Shown here: positions 1-10,438 of the stretch, piece after piece
Numbering within the stretch: position 1 is the first letter of the stretch
Layout: each line of letters begins with the position of its first letter
Assembly: GCA_030647205.1 (NCBI GenBank)
Contig: JAUSJO010000005.1
Span: forward strand, 202,523-266,522
Direction: 5' to 3'
Source: a bacterium
GTDB lineage: Bacteria > Patescibacteriota > CPR2 > UBA1875 > JAJYID01
DNA: 64,000 bases
Notes under the pieces: model-generated
The model's database searches: none
What the model saw: the letters and a program-made list of their open reading frames with translations, nothing else
What the model was told of the DNA's origin: nothing
Program-made: the position numbers and the translations under genes

Positions 1-177
1 AAGGCTATGAACCCGGTAGATCATCCTCATGGTGGTGGTGAAGGCGGACATTCAATTAGCCCAAAACATCCAAAGACACCTTGGGGCATGCCGGCGCTAG
101 GATTTAAAACCAGAAACAGAAAAGCTAAATCAACAAAAATGATAGTCAGAGGAAGAAAGAGAGGCAAACATGTCTAG
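1..177 (+). CDS. rplB: 50S ribosomal protein L2, 3' end (partial, continues upstream of window)
   Basis: Frame 1 translates to [41 protein letters not shown]..., the conserved L2 C-terminus; TAG stop at 175-177; followed by rpsS in canonical order. Confidence 0.9.
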   Translation, partial: KAMNPVDHPHGGGEGGHSISPKHPKTPWGMPALGFKTRNRKAKSTKMIVRGRKRGKHV

Positions 178-448
178 ATCACTGAAAAAAGGTCCATATG
201 TAGATGAAAAATTACTAAAGAAGGTAAAAGCCTTAGGTAATGACAAAAAGATTATAAAGACTTGGGCTCGTGCCTCAGCTATTTCTCCGGAGATGGTTGG
301 TCACACATTTGCGGTTCATAACGGTAAAGATCACATTTCAGTATTTGTATCAGAAGATATGGTAGGCCACAAACTTGGTGAGTTTTCTCCAACAAGAAAG
401 TTTAGAGGACACGGTGGTAAGATGGCGAAGGAACAGAAGAAAGGTTAA
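170..448 (+). CDS. rpsS: 30S ribosomal protein S19
   Basis: 92-aa ORF with S19 hallmark [11 protein letters not shown]...[32 protein letters not shown]; position between rplB and rplV. Confidence 0.95.
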   Translation: MSRSLKKGPYVDEKLLKKVKALGNDKKIIKTWARASAISPEMVGHTFAVHNGKDHISVFVSEDMVGHKLGEFSPTRKFRGHGGKMAKEQKKG

Positions 449-450
449 AT

Positions 451-870
451 ATGCAAGTAAAAGCAGTATCAAAATATAATAGAATTTCAGCGCGCAAAAC
501 AAGACTTGTTGCTGATATGGTAAGAGGCCAGAAGGCATCTGCTGCTTTTAGTATTTTAAAATTCACACCTAAAAAAGCTGCAAGACTAGTTGAAAAGACA
601 CTAAAGTCTGCTGTAGCCAATGCAGAAAACAACTTTGGGATGGATAAAAAAGACCTGGTTGTTTCAACTATCTTGGTTGACGAAGGACCAACACTGAAGA
701 GACATCAGCCAAGAGCAAGAGGTATGGCTAGCGCGATCAGAAAAAGAACTGCTCATGTCACCATCGTTGTTGAAGGCAATGAGAAACCGGTAAAGAAGAC
801 GATAGAAAAAGAAAAAGTTGAGAAGAAGCAGGAAGAAAAGACCGAAAAAGTAAAACAGGAGAAGAAGTAA
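451..870 (+). CDS. rplV: 50S ribosomal protein L22 with lysine/glutamate-rich C-terminal extension
   Basis: 139-aa ORF; L22 core ([18 protein letters not shown]..., HVTIVVEG); ~35-aa K/E-rich tail; operon position. Confidence 0.9.
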   Translation: MQVKAVSKYNRISARKTRLVADMVRGQKASAAFSILKFTPKKAARLVEKTLKSAVANAENNFGMDKKDLVVSTILVDEGPTLKRHQPRARGMASAIRKRTAHVTIVVEGNEKPVKKTIEKEKVEKKQEEKTEKVKQEKK

Positions 871-1523
871 TGGGTCATAAAGTAAGTCCAATAAGTTTCA
901 GATTGCAGATATCAAAAGAGTGGGTATCAAAATGGTACAGCGAAAAAGATTATGCAAAATACTTGCATGAAGACATCAAGCTTCGTGATCATGTTATGAA
1001 TAATATGGGCAGAAAAGCCGGTATTTCAAAGGTTGAGATTGAGAGAAATGCAAACCAGGTTTCTATGAACATCCATACTTCAAGACCAGGTGTTTTGATC
1101 GGACGCGGCGGTGCCGGAGCGATTGAACTTAAGAAGAAACTACAGAAGATGATAAAGAGCCAACTTAAAGATATAAATATCGAAGAAGTTAGAAACCCTG
1201 AAGCTAACCCAAAACTGATTGCAGAAAACATCGCCTCTATGCTTGAGCGAAGAATGGCTTACAAGAGAGCTATAAAACAGTCAGTTGATAAAGCCCTAAA
1301 AGCTGGAGCAAAGGGAGTCAAGATAATGGTTGCAGGTAGACTAAACGGCGCAGAGATTGCAAGACGAGAGTTTACTTCAGAAGGAAAAATTCCGCTTCAA
1401 ACTATAAGAGCAGATATAGAGTACGGAACCGCAAGAGCTAACACTACATATGGTGTTATTGGTATCAAAGTTTGGGTTTATAAGGGCGGGATAACAAGAA
1501 ATAAGGCAGGAGAGAAGAAATAA
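870..1523 (+). CDS. rpsC: 30S ribosomal protein S3
   Basis: 217 aa; KH-domain motif [31 protein letters not shown]; operon order. Confidence 0.95.
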   Translation: MGHKVSPISFRLQISKEWVSKWYSEKDYAKYLHEDIKLRDHVMNNMGRKAGISKVEIERNANQVSMNIHTSRPGVLIGRGGAGAIELKKKLQKMIKSQLKDINIEEVRNPEANPKLIAENIASMLERRMAYKRAIKQSVDKALKAGAKGVKIMVAGRLNGAEIARREFTSEGKIPLQTIRADIEYGTARANTTYGVIGIKVWVYKGGITRNKAGEKK

Positions 1524-1951
1524 TGTTAATGCCAAAGAAAACAAAATTCAGAAAAAGCCAGAAAAATCCCCAGACAGGCAAGTCAACACGTGGGACTGAG
1601 ATTGCGTTTGGTCGTTATGGACTGAAGGCTATCGATACCGCATGGCTTACTTCAAGGCAGATCGAGGCAGCCAGAAGAGCAATGACAAGATCGATAAAAA
1701 GAGGCGGTAAAATATGGATACGAGTATTCCCCGATAAGCCTGTAACAAAAAAACCAAACGAAGTTGGAATGGGCAAAGGAAAAGGTTCACCGGATCATTT
1801 CATTTATGTCGTGAAACCGGGAAGAATCATCTTTGAAATGGACGGCATACCTGTAGAAGCAGCTAAAGAGGCCATGCGCCTTGCATCCCACAAACTGCCA
1901 ATGAAGACAAGAATAGTTGTAAAGTCACAAGAGGTGAAAAGTGAAGATTAA
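1523..1951 (+). CDS. rplP: 50S ribosomal protein L16
   Basis: 142 aa; [11 protein letters not shown]...GRYGLKAID...; start overlaps rpsC stop (ATAATG). Confidence 0.95.
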   Translation: MLMPKKTKFRKSQKNPQTGKSTRGTEIAFGRYGLKAIDTAWLTSRQIEAARRAMTRSIKRGGKIWIRVFPDKPVTKKPNEVGMGKGKGSPDHFIYVVKPGRIIFEMDGIPVEAAKEAMRLASHKLPMKTRIVVKSQEVKSED

Positions 1952-2165
1952 AGAAATTGCAGAGAAGAAAGACAAAGAACTGGATAAGTTTATTGCAGAT
2001 CAAAAGGCGAAACTTTTGAAATCTTCTTTTGACGTTGCTACTAAGGAAACAGGAAAAGTCAGAGAAATCCGCGTTATTAAAAAAGATATTGCGAGAGCAT
2101 TGACGGTAAAAAGAGAAAGAGAACTGGTTCAAGAAGAAGCAGTCAAAAGCAAGGAGACCAAATGA
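1941..2165 (+). CDS. rpmC: 50S ribosomal protein L29
   Basis: 74-aa coiled-coil protein between L16 and S17. Confidence 0.85.
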   Translation: MKIKEIAEKKDKELDKFIADQKAKLLKSSFDVATKETGKVREIRVIKKDIARALTVKRERELVQEEAVKSKETK

Positions 2166-2404
2166 AAAGAGTATTAAAAGGTACGGTTGTATCTGACAAA
2201 ATGGATAAGACGGTTGTGGTTAAGGTCGATAGAGTAAAAACTCATCCAATATATCACAAAAAATATAAGGCTTCCACAAAGTTTATGGCTCATGATGAGA
2301 GTGGCGTATCTAAAATTGGTGATGAAGTAGAGATAGCAGAAACAAGACCAATGAGTAAAAACAAACGGTGGGAAGTAGTAGAAGATAAAGGAAGCAAAAA
2401 ATGA
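2162..2404 (+). CDS. rpsQ: 30S ribosomal protein S17
   Basis: 80 aa; [30 protein letters not shown]; ends with TGA stop overlapping rplN ATG (ATGA). Confidence 0.95.
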   Translation: MKRVLKGTVVSDKMDKTVVVKVDRVKTHPIYHKKYKASTKFMAHDESGVSKIGDEVEIAETRPMSKNKRWEVVEDKGSKK

Positions 2405-2769
2405 TTCAAATGCAAACTAGATTAAAAGTAGCCGACAACACAGGTGCAAAGGAAATTATGTGCATCAAGGTTCTTGGTGGAAGCAAGAGAAGATACGCTC
2501 GTGTTGGTGATGTTATCACGGTTAGTGTGAAGACTGCTATACCACAAGGAACGGTTAAGAAAAAAGAAGTGGTGCGAGCTGTTGTAGTTCGAACTGTTTA
2601 TGCAAACAGGAGAAAAGACGGTTCTACCATTAGATTTGATGACAATGCAGCTGTAATTATAGATAAAAATGGCCAACCTCGAGGAACACGTATTTTCGGT
2701 CCTGTTGCGAGAGAACTTCGAGAAAAAGGTTATATGAAAATAGTGTCTTTGGCACCGGAGGTACTTTAG
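2401..2769 (+). CDS. rplN: 50S ribosomal protein L14
   Basis: 122 aa; [28 protein letters not shown]... Confidence 0.95.
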   Translation: MIQMQTRLKVADNTGAKEIMCIKVLGGSKRRYARVGDVITVSVKTAIPQGTVKKKEVVRAVVVRTVYANRRKDGSTIRFDDNAAVIIDKNGQPRGTRIFGPVARELREKGYMKIVSLAPEVL

Positions 2770-3084
2770 ATGAAAGTGAAAAAAGGCGATAAAGTTTATA
2801 TTTTAGCAGGTAAAGACCGTGATAAATCAGGTACTGTCTCTAAGGTATTCCCTGAAAAAGGAAAAGTAATAGTTGAAGGTGTGAACATAGTTAAAAAAGC
2901 AGTAAAAGGAAGCCAGAAAAATCCTCAAGGAGGAATCATTGAGAAGGCTGCAGCCATAAACGTTTCAAATGTTCAGATAATCTGCGCAAGCTGCAATAAA
3001 TCGGTAAAAACAGGAGTCAAGATACTAAAAGATGGCAAGAAGGAAAGAGTTTGCAGAAAATGCGGAAAGGAAATAAAGGAGTAA
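2770..3084 (+). CDS. rplX: 50S ribosomal protein L24 (KOW domain) with C-terminal Cys4 zinc-ribbon variant
   Basis: 104 aa; KOW motif KKGDKVYILAGKDRDKSGTV; C-terminus carries CASCNKS...CRKCGK where canonical L24 has no cysteines. Confidence 0.9.
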   Translation: MKVKKGDKVYILAGKDRDKSGTVSKVFPEKGKVIVEGVNIVKKAVKGSQKNPQGGIIEKAAAINVSNVQIICASCNKSVKTGVKILKDGKKERVCRKCGKEIKE

Positions 3085-3085
3085 C

Positions 3086-3625
3086 ATGTCTTTAATTTTA
3101 GATTTATACAAAAAGGAAATTACAAAGAAACTGAAAGAAGACTTCAGTTATGGAAATGTTATGGAGATTCCTAAGATAGAAACCATCGTTGTAAATGCCG
3201 GTGTTGGTCGTGGAGCAAAAGACGCTAAAGAGCTTGAGGATGTTATAGAAGGTATCAAGATTATAACCGGACAAGCTCCTGTCAAAACCAAGGCAAAAAA
3301 GTCGATAGCCGGATTTAAGCTGAGAGATGGCATGGAGATTGGCGCAAAGGTAACGATTCGCGGGGAGAAAATGTATGATTTCTTGGATAGACTGGTCAGC
3401 ATCGCGCTTCCACGTGTGAGAGATTTCAGAGGATTAAAGCAAGGCGCTTTTGACGGACACGGTAACTACAGCATAGGTGTTAAAGACCATGCGATATTTC
3501 CGGAGATCCCATATGATAAGTTTCCGCATCCGTTTAGCTTGCAGATTAATATTAAAACTTCCGCTAAAACAGATGACGAAGCAAGAGCACTATTAACGTA
3601 TATGGGATTCCCATTTAAGAAATAG
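3086..3625 (+). CDS. rplE: 50S ribosomal protein L5
   Basis: 179 aa; ...NVMEIPKIETIVVNAGVG...; operon position. Confidence 0.95.
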   Translation: MSLILDLYKKEITKKLKEDFSYGNVMEIPKIETIVVNAGVGRGAKDAKELEDVIEGIKIITGQAPVKTKAKKSIAGFKLRDGMEIGAKVTIRGEKMYDFLDRLVSIALPRVRDFRGLKQGAFDGHGNYSIGVKDHAIFPEIPYDKFPHPFSLQINIKTSAKTDDEARALLTYMGFPFKK

Positions 3626-3634
3626 GAGATAGAT

Positions 3635-3820
3635 ATGGCAAGAAAATCAATGGTAATAAAATCAGAGAAAACCCCAAAATATTCAACTCGCAAAGTGACG
3701 AGATGCAAGAAATGCGGACGACCAAGGGGATATATGAAACAGTTTGAACTGTGCCGTATTTGTTTTCGTGAAATGGCAAACAAGGGAGAAATACCGGGAG
3801 TAACAAAGTCAAGTTGGTAA
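3635..3820 (+). CDS. rpsZ: 30S ribosomal protein S14 type Z (zinc-binding)
   Basis: 61 aa; [23 protein letters not shown] zinc motif; between L5 and S8. Confidence 0.95.
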   Translation: MARKSMVIKSEKTPKYSTRKVTRCKKCGRPRGYMKQFELCRICFREMANKGEIPGVTKSSW

Positions 3821-3830
3821 GGAGAAAAAT

Positions 3831-4217
3831 ATGATAGTAAATGATCCAATAGCAGATATGTTAACAAGAATTAGAAACGCATTCATGGTAAGGAAAGAGA
3901 GCGTTCTGATACCAGACTCACGTTTGAAACGAGAGGTTCTTTCTGTAATGAAAAACAAGCATTACATCAACGATTTCTCCGTATCAAAAGAGATCCAAGG
4001 GTTTATAGACGTCAAGCTGTCTTACGGTGAAAGACAAATGAAGAAGCTGGAAAGAGTTTCAAAACCCGGTTGCCGTGTTTATGCAAAGAAAAGCGATATC
4101 CCAACAGTGCTTCAGGGTATGGGGATGGTTATTATGTCAACTTCGAAAGGTGTTATGGCGGGAACGGATGCCAAGAAGCAAGGTTTGGGCGGAGAAATAA
4201 TCTGTAAAATTTATTAA
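3831..4217 (+). CDS. rpsH: 30S ribosomal protein S8
   Basis: 128 aa; IADMLTRIRNA...; position. Confidence 0.95.
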   Translation: MIVNDPIADMLTRIRNAFMVRKESVLIPDSRLKREVLSVMKNKHYINDFSVSKEIQGFIDVKLSYGERQMKKLERVSKPGCRVYAKKSDIPTVLQGMGMVIMSTSKGVMAGTDAKKQGLGGEIICKIY

Positions 4218-4225
4218 GGTGTGAT

Positions 4226-4762
4226 ATGTCAAGAATAGGAAAATTACCAATACAAGTTAAAGATGGCGTGAAAGTCGATATTACCGGGGACACGGTTGTA
4301 GTTAATGGTCCGAAGGGCGAACTTCGATTTGTCAAAGATAGTAGGATTGATGCGAAGATTGTTGATGGAAATATCGTCACATCCAAAAAAGAAGAAACAC
4401 CAAAAGCGGGTGAACTATGGGGTTTGACTAGAACACTAATCAACAATATGGTCGTAGGTGTTAGCGATGGTTTCGAGAAAAAGCTGGAGTTCAAGGGCAC
4501 CGGTTATAGAGCAGCTTCAGAAGGTAACAAGCTAATCTTAAATATGGGATATAACAGTCCGGTTGAGATGGAAATATCGGAAGGACTAGAAGTAAAGGTT
4601 CAGAAAAACACCATTACCGTTTTGGGAAGCGATAAACAAAAAGTAGGGCAGTTCGCCGCAGAGATTAGAAAAGTGAGAAAGCCGGAACCTTATAAGGGCA
4701 AAGGTATTAGATATTCTGATGAAGTAATAAGAAGAAAGGCCGGAAAAGCTGCCGGAAAGTAG
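4226..4762 (+). CDS. rplF: 50S ribosomal protein L6
   Basis: 178 aa; [17 protein letters not shown]... Confidence 0.95.
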   Translation: MSRIGKLPIQVKDGVKVDITGDTVVVNGPKGELRFVKDSRIDAKIVDGNIVTSKKEETPKAGELWGLTRTLINNMVVGVSDGFEKKLEFKGTGYRAASEGNKLILNMGYNSPVEMEISEGLEVKVQKNTITVLGSDKQKVGQFAAEIRKVRKPEPYKGKGIRYSDEVIRRKAGKAAGK

Positions 4763-4766
4763 AACG

Positions 4767-5126
4767 ATGAAAAATAATAAAAAAGTACAAAGAAAAGATT
4801 CAAGAAAGAGACGCATCAGGGCTAAGGTTAGCGGAACGGCTGTCATGCCTAGGCTTTCGGTTTTTACCTCAAATAAGCATGTTTTTGCTCAGATTATAGA
4901 TGATACAAGCGGTAAAACCATAGTTAGCGCAAGCGATTATGAAAAGGGTTCAAAAGAAGATAAGGGAACAAAGTCTGAGATTTCAAAGAAAGTCGGTTTG
5001 AAGCTTGCAGGAAGAGCAAAAGAGAAGAAAGTAGGCAAAGTAGTTTTTGATAGAGGCGGAAAACTTTATCATGGCAGAGTCAAGGCAATAGCCGACGGCG
5101 CTCGAGAAGGCGGACTAGAATTTTAA
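4767..5126 (+). CDS. rplR: 50S ribosomal protein L18
   Basis: 119 aa; [18 protein letters not shown]...; position. Confidence 0.9.
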   Translation: MKNNKKVQRKDSRKRRIRAKVSGTAVMPRLSVFTSNKHVFAQIIDDTSGKTIVSASDYEKGSKEDKGTKSEISKKVGLKLAGRAKEKKVGKVVFDRGGKLYHGRVKAIADGAREGGLEF

Positions 5127-5147
5127 TTAGTTAAAGGATAAAACATA

Positions 5148-5741
5148 ATGGCAGATATGAGAAAAAAATTTGAAAGGGAACCAAAAGAGTTCGATGAAAG
5201 AGTCGTCCAGATTGATCGTGTAACAAGAGTAGTGAAAGGCGGACGACGTTTAAGGTTTCGTGCAACTGTTGTTATTGGTGACAAAAAGGGCAGAGTTGGG
5301 GTTGGGGTGGATAAAGGTTCAGCAGTAGTTCTTGCTATCACAAAGGCTGTAGCTAAGGCAAAGAAGAACATGGTTACTATAAATTTGCACGACACAACTA
5401 TCCCTCATGAGGTTGAGAACGTTTACTGTGGCGCCAGAGTATTTTTGAAACCGGCTCGACCGGGAACAGGTGTTATTGCTGGCGGAGCAGTCCGGGCAGT
5501 GGTTGAAGTTGCTGGCATCAAAGACATTTTATCTAAGATGATCGGATCATCAAACAAAATAAACAACGTTTATGCTACATTTGAAGCTTTGAAAAGCCTA
5601 TCGCAGAGACCGGAATCAAAAAAGACCGAAACAAAGAAAGTTAAAACGATAGAAAAACCGACAGAGAAAGAAGTGAAGGAAAAAGTTAAAGAAGAAAAAA
5701 CAGCTAAAGCTAAGAAGGTAAAAAAAGATGAATCTAAGTAA
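5148..5741 (+). CDS. rpsE: 30S ribosomal protein S5 with K/E-rich C-terminal extension
   Basis: 197 aa; [39 protein letters not shown]; ~45-aa lysine-rich tail; overlaps rplO start, so no rpmD (L30) gene. Confidence 0.95.
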   Translation: MADMRKKFEREPKEFDERVVQIDRVTRVVKGGRRLRFRATVVIGDKKGRVGVGVDKGSAVVLAITKAVAKAKKNMVTINLHDTTIPHEVENVYCGARVFLKPARPGTGVIAGGAVRAVVEVAGIKDILSKMIGSSNKINNVYATFEALKSLSQRPESKKTETKKVKTIEKPTEKEVKEKVKEEKTAKAKKVKKDESK

Positions 5742-6201
5742 TCTGCCTAAAATAGGCGAAAAGAATAAAAAAAGAGTCGGTCGTGGTATCGGAAGTGGTA
5801 CAGGCAAGACATCAGGACGCGGCATGAAAGGCCAAAACTCCAGATCAGGCGGCGGTGTTCGTCTTGGTTTTGAGGGTGGCCAGAATCCATTAACAAAAAG
5901 AGTGCCTCAGCTTAAAGGTTTTAAATCCAGAAATCCTAAGAATCAGGTTGTTTCTCTAAACGATTTAAACCAGTTCACCGGGAAGGTGACTAAAGAAAAA
6001 CTGTTCGAAAAAGGAATTATCGAAAACATTAAATTGCCGGTCAAGGTTTTGGCAACGGGCAAACTCGAAAAAGTGGTCGAGGTGTCAGTGGAACATGTTT
6101 CAAAAGAAGCAGAGAAAGAGATTGTAAAAAAAGGCGGCAAAGTAACTATATTAGTGAAACCCAAGCAAGTAAAAAAGCAGTACAATAAAGAAGCCGAATA
6201 A
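5728..6201 (+). CDS. rplO: 50S ribosomal protein L15
   Basis: 157 aa; glycine-rich N-terminus KKRVGRGIGSGTGKTSGRGMKGQ. Confidence 0.9.
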   Translation: MNLSNLPKIGEKNKKRVGRGIGSGTGKTSGRGMKGQNSRSGGGVRLGFEGGQNPLTKRVPQLKGFKSRNPKNQVVSLNDLNQFTGKVTKEKLFEKGIIENIKLPVKVLATGKLEKVVEVSVEHVSKEAEKEIVKKGGKVTILVKPKQVKKQYNKEAE

Positions 6202-6263
6202 AACAAGCGTTTTTGTTAAAAGCGTGAAGCTTCGTTTAAAAATTAGTAATTAGGCAGGGAAAC

Positions 6264-7580
6264 ATGAACTATCTGGCAAGAATATTAAAGAACAAAGATC
6301 TAATCAAAAAGATTTTATTTGTTCTTTTTGCCTTAGTTATTTTTAGAGTCCTATCTCATATACCTATCCCCGGGCCATCTCCCGAAAATCTAAAAAAGTT
6401 CTTCGATGAAGCTTTTTCTGCAAAAAACAGCCTGCTTCCGTTCTTTGATGTCTTTTCCGGCGGCGGGATGAGCAGGTTTTCCGTAGTACTTATGGGGCTC
6501 GGTCCATACATCACAGCGTCTATTATGATCCAACTTCTGACAATTGTGATACCAAAATTCGAAGAAATGAACAAAGAGACCGAAGGCCGGCACAAAATGA
6601 ACCAGTATACCAGATATTTGGCCGTACCGCTTTGTTTTATTGAAGGCTTTGGAATGATAAAACTCCTTGATACTTACGGTACGAAAGCGGGCGTGAGCCT
6701 GATAGGCAATGCCAGTATTTTCCAATGGTTTGTGATGTTACTTTCCATTACTGCCGGAACGGTATTTTTGATGTGGTTAGGAGAACTAATCACAGAAAAA
6801 GGTGTAGGAAATGGTATTTCTATAATTATCTTTGCAGGTATAGTTTCCAGGTTACCTCAGTTTATCGGTCAATCTATAGGCAAGATATTCGGTGGAGATC
6901 AGATAAGTACACAGGAACTTATGAACTTTGGTGGTATGGCGGTTCTAGCCCTCATTATGGTGGCGTTAATTGTCTTTATTACAGAAGCGAAAAGAAAAGT
7001 CCCAATCTCTTATGCTAAAAAAATGCGCGGGTCAAAACTATATGGCGGAGTTGATACACATCTTCCTCTGAAGCTAAACATGGCGGGTGTTATTCCAATT
7101 ATCTTTGCAGGAGCATTTATGAATATCCCGCAGGTTATCGGGTTTCTATCAAACGCAAAAACTGTCTGGATCAAAAATGCTGCAGACTTTATAAAGACTA
7201 CCTTCACGACTACAAGTCCCGCATATGCAGTTTTCTACTTTGTTCTTGTGTTCTCATTTACGTTCTTCTCAACATTTCTATACTTTAAGCCCAAAGATGT
7301 CGCAGAAAATATCCAAAAACAAGGCGGATTTATACCGGGGATAAGACCAGGGACGCAAACAGAAAAATATCTCAACTACCTCATAATGCGTGTAACTCTT
7401 TGGGGCGCGATCTTTTTAAGTTTTATAGCCGTATTTCCATTTGCCATGCAAATATTCACAAATTCGCAAAGCTTTGCAGTAGGCGGAACCGGCATCTTGA
7501 TTGTGGTTAGTGTGGCCATTGAAATAATGAATCAGATAAGAGCACAAGTCATAACCAGAAGTTATGAGGAAATAGTTTAG
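6264..7580 (+). CDS. secY: Preprotein translocase subunit SecY
   Basis: 438 aa; multi-TM; conserved ...GGMSRFSVVLMGLGPYITASIMIQLL...; follows rplO. Confidence 0.95.
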   Translation: MNYLARILKNKDLIKKILFVLFALVIFRVLSHIPIPGPSPENLKKFFDEAFSAKNSLLPFFDVFSGGGMSRFSVVLMGLGPYITASIMIQLLTIVIPKFEEMNKETEGRHKMNQYTRYLAVPLCFIEGFGMIKLLDTYGTKAGVSLIGNASIFQWFVMLLSITAGTVFLMWLGELITEKGVGNGISIIIFAGIVSRLPQFIGQSIGKIFGGDQISTQELMNFGGMAVLALIMVALIVFITEAKRKVPISYAKKMRGSKLYGGVDTHLPLKLNMAGVIPIIFAGAFMNIPQVIGFLSNAKTVWIKNAADFIKTTFTTTSPAYAVFYFVLVFSFTFFSTFLYFKPKDVAENIQKQGGFIPGIRPGTQTEKYLNYLIMRVTLWGAIFLSFIAVFPFAMQIFTNSQSFAVGGTGILIVVSVAIEIMNQIRAQVITRSYEEIV

Positions 7581-7589
7581 AAAAAAGTG

Positions 7590-7618
7590 TTGTAAAAAGT
7601 AAGATTTTCTAGTATAAT
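7590..7618 (+). promoter_or_regulatory. sigma-70-like promoter (TTGTAA-17-TATAAT) upstream of infA
   Basis: Canonical hexamers with 17-nt spacer read directly from sequence; ORF-track ATG at 7617 overlaps the -10, so the true infA start is the SD-preceded ATG at 7656. Confidence 0.5.
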
Positions 7619-7655
7619 GGCATCTGACGCTTTAGAAAATCAGATAAAGGAAAAA

Positions 7656-7880
7656 ATGAGCGATACAAAGGAAGTAATTGAAGTAGAAGGAACCGTCCTC
7701 GAAACTCTTCCGAATGCAATGTTTAAAGTAGAGTTAGAGAACGGGCATATTATTTTAGCGCATATTTCCGGAAAAATGCGCATGCATTATATAAAAATTT
7801 TGCCGGGTGATAAGGTAACAGTTGAAATGACACCATATGATCTGACAAAAGGAAGAATAACTTACAGACATAAGAATTAG
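7656..7880 (+). CDS. infA: Translation initiation factor IF-1
   Basis: S1-like motif [31 protein letters not shown]; start chosen at ATG 7656 (AAAGGA SD at 7645-7650, 5 nt upstream) rather than ORF-track 7617. Confidence 0.9.
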   Translation: MSDTKEVIEVEGTVLETLPNAMFKVELENGHIILAHISGKMRMHYIKILPGDKVTVEMTPYDLTKGRITYRHKN

Positions 7881-7888
7881 GATAGAAA

Positions 7889-8002
7889 ATGAAAGTTAGA
7901 GCTGGAGTAAAGAAAATTTGTTCAAAATGCAAGGTTATCAAGCGAAAAGGCGTGGTAAGGGTTATTTGTGAAACACCAAAGCATAAGCAAAGGCAGGGAT
8001 AG
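7889..8002 (+). CDS. rpmJ: 50S ribosomal protein L36 (zinc-ribbon type)
   Basis: 37 aa [37 protein letters not shown], below ORF-track size cut-off; C-x2-C...C-x4-H; between infA and rpsM. Confidence 0.9.
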   Translation: MKVRAGVKKICSKCKVIKRKGVVRVICETPKHKQRQG

Positions 8003-8005
8003 GGA

Positions 8006-8392
8006 ATGGCAAGAATTGCAGGAGTAAATATACCGGAAGAGAAAAGAATTGAAGCATCGCTTCAGTATGTTTATGGTATAGGTCTTACAAAAAGTAAGGA
8101 AATCCTAGCAGGCACAGGTATTGACCCAAGCAAAAGAACAAAAGACTTGAGTGAAGCTGAACTGACTAAGCTAAGAGAATATATTACCAAAAACTACACT
8201 ATTGAAGGTGATCTTCGAAGAGAAACAAGTGTAAATGTCAGCCGTTTGAAGGCGATTAACGCATATCGTGGAGTAAGACATAAGCTTGGATTGCCGGTAA
8301 GAGGCCAAAGGACAAAGACAAACTCAAGGACAAAACGAGGAAAAAGAATGGCAGTTGGAAGCGGTAAGAAAAAGTCAGCAGCAAAAACATAA
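8006..8392 (+). CDS. rpsM: 30S ribosomal protein S13
   Basis: 128 aa; [26 protein letters not shown]. Confidence 0.95.
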   Translation: MARIAGVNIPEEKRIEASLQYVYGIGLTKSKEILAGTGIDPSKRTKDLSEAELTKLREYITKNYTIEGDLRRETSVNVSRLKAINAYRGVRHKLGLPVRGQRTKTNSRTKRGKRMAVGSGKKKSAAKT

Positions 8393-8412
8393 AATTTAAT
8401 TAGAAAAATATC

Positions 8413-8814
8413 ATGGCAAAACCAGTAGTAAAAGCGACAATAAAGAAAAAGAAAAAAGTCAAAAAGTCTGTCTCTAAGGGGGCGGTCCATATTAAGGCTA
8501 CTTTTAATAATACTATTATCTCTATTACAGAAGAAAATGGTGATGTTTTAGCGCAGAGTTCAAGTGGTGCTTGTGGTTTCAGGGGATCCAGAAAGTCAAC
8601 GCCGTATGCGGCTCAGGTAGCCATGGAGACTGTTCTGGAAAAAGCAAAGCCTTACGGTATTAGCGAAGTGGATGTATATGTTAAAGGCGTCGGTTCCGGC
8701 AGAGATATGGCGGTTAGAGCGCTTCAGTCAGTAGGTATTTATGTTAAATCAATTCAAGATGTAACCCCCTTGCCCCACAACGGCTGTAGGGCAAAGAAAC
8801 CAAGAAGGGTATAA
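8413..8814 (+). CDS. rpsK: 30S ribosomal protein S11
   Basis: 133 aa; ...[30 protein letters not shown]... Confidence 0.95.
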   Translation: MAKPVVKATIKKKKKVKKSVSKGAVHIKATFNNTIISITEENGDVLAQSSSGACGFRGSRKSTPYAAQVAMETVLEKAKPYGISEVDVYVKGVGSGRDMAVRALQSVGIYVKSIQDVTPLPHNGCRAKKPRRV

Positions 8815-8826
8815 ATTTAGGAAATT

Positions 8827-9453
8827 ATGGCAAATATAAAAGAACAATGTAGACAATGCCGAAGAGAAGGCGAGAAACTTTTCCTGAAAGGGGAGAGATG
8901 TTCTTCTCAGAAATGCTCGGTATTTAGAAGAAGTTATGCTCCAGGTATACACGGTCTTTCTTCTGCTAGGAAGAAAACTAGTGATTATGGGATGCAGCTT
9001 CGAGCTAAACAGAAAGTCAAAAGAATATATGGCGTTTTGGAGAAGCAGTTTAGAAATTATTATGAAAAAGCTGATGCGAAAAGCGGTCTGACCGGTGAAC
9101 TTTTACTAAAATCTTTAGAGATGCGGCTTGATAATGTAGTTTACAGAATGGGCTTTGCTTCTTCAAGAAGGCTTGCAAAACAACTTGTCGGACACGGTCA
9201 CTTTACGGTTAATGGCAAAAAAGTAGACATTCCTTCATACCACGCAAAGCCGGGAGATAAGGTTGAAGTCAAAAAGTCTAGTCAGAAAAACGGTTATTTT
9301 ACGGAAATTGCAAAGAAAAAGGGAAAAGAAGAAGTATCATGGGTTTTGGTTGATTTATCTAAACTTAAAGGTGAGGTCAAGTCCGTACCTGAGAGAGAAG
9401 AAATCGACCCAAGCATAAATGAACAGTTAATAGTAGAATTATATTCAAAATAA
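8827..9453 (+). CDS. rpsD: 30S ribosomal protein S4 (N-terminal zinc finger)
   Basis: 208 aa; CRQCRREGEKLFLKGERCSSQKC; S4 domain. Confidence 0.95.
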   Translation: MANIKEQCRQCRREGEKLFLKGERCSSQKCSVFRRSYAPGIHGLSSARKKTSDYGMQLRAKQKVKRIYGVLEKQFRNYYEKADAKSGLTGELLLKSLEMRLDNVVYRMGFASSRRLAKQLVGHGHFTVNGKKVDIPSYHAKPGDKVEVKKSSQKNGYFTEIAKKKGKEEVSWVLVDLSKLKGEVKSVPEREEIDPSINEQLIVELYSK

Positions 9454-9477
9454 AGGGCGTAAAGGCCAGAAGGGAGC

Positions 9478-10437
9478 GTGATGTTACACGAAATCCATCT
9501 TCCAGAAATTAAAAAAATTGAGTCAAAAGGAAACACGGCTACATTTGCTATAGAGCCGCTACATCCTGGCTATGGTATGACACTTGGGAACTCTTTGAGA
9601 AGAGTGCTCTTGTCATCACTAGAAGGCGCAGCAGTTACTTCTTGCAAGATAGAAGGTGTTTTACATGAGTTCTCTACAATTCCCAATGTAAAGGAAGATG
9701 TAGTTGAAATTATCATGAATTTGAAAAAACTGAGGGTAAAATCATTATCTGATGATGTTGAATATCTTACACTCTCAAAGTCTGGTGCCGGTAAAGTAAC
9801 CGCAAAAGACATTAAAAATACCCAAAACGTAGCAGTACTAAATCCGGATCTCGAAATTGCGACTCTTGATAACAAAAATGCAAAGCTTGATATTGAGCTT
9901 AGAGTAGACAGAGGCAGAGGATATGTAACAGTTGAGAAAAGAAAGAAAGAAAAGCTTGGCGTTGGTTTTATCGCTCTTGATGCGTTGTACTCACCAATCA
10001 GACGTGTCCACTATAACGTCGAAAGCACTCGTGTCGGGCAAATGACAAACCTTGATAAACTTGTTTTAGAAATAGAAACTGACGGAACAGTAACTCCGGA
10101 AGAAGCTTTGTCTAGATCATCTGAAATTCTAGTTGAACATTTCCTAGTTATTTGTGGCAAGGAAAGCGTTTCAGCGAAAAGACAAGAAGCTGAGGTTGAA
10201 GAGGCAGACAGCGCATCTTCGGGCATTATGATTGAAGAAATTAACTTGTCACCAAGAACGACAAATGCGCTTTTGAACAATGACATAAAGACAGTTGACG
10301 ATGTTTTGAAAAGAAGCCTTGATGAGCTGAAAAACCTTAAGGGTTTCGGGGCCAAAGCTTATGACGAAGTAATTGAGAAGTTAGATGAGCTAGGTCTTTT
10401 AAAGGGCAAAAAAGAAGAGGAAACAGAGGAAAAGTAA
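9478..10437 (+). CDS. rpoA: DNA-directed RNA polymerase alpha subunit
   Basis: 319 aa; N-terminal domain ...EPLHPGYGMTLGNSLRRVLLSSLEGAAV... and C-terminal alphaCTD; alpha-operon position. Confidence 0.95.
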   Translation: MMLHEIHLPEIKKIESKGNTATFAIEPLHPGYGMTLGNSLRRVLLSSLEGAAVTSCKIEGVLHEFSTIPNVKEDVVEIIMNLKKLRVKSLSDDVEYLTLSKSGAGKVTAKDIKNTQNVAVLNPDLEIATLDNKNAKLDIELRVDRGRGYVTVEKRKKEKLGVGFIALDALYSPIRRVHYNVESTRVGQMTNLDKLVLEIETDGTVTPEEALSRSSEILVEHFLVICGKESVSAKRQEAEVEEADSASSGIMIEEINLSPRTTNALLNNDIKTVDDVLKRSLDELKNLKGFGAKAYDEVIEKLDELGLLKGKKEEETEEK

Positions 10438-10438
10438 A

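Noticed and set aside
350-891. Several short minus-strand ORFs inside the ribosomal operon (e.g. 350-538, 402-632, 664-891)
   Set aside because: Antisense to highly conserved ribosomal protein genes; leucine/phenylalanine-rich shadow translations.
7617-7655. ORF-track N-terminal extension of infA ([13 protein letters not shown])
   Set aside because: The ATG at 7617 overlaps the TATAAT -10 hexamer; the conserved IF-1 core begins at the SD-preceded ATG 7656.
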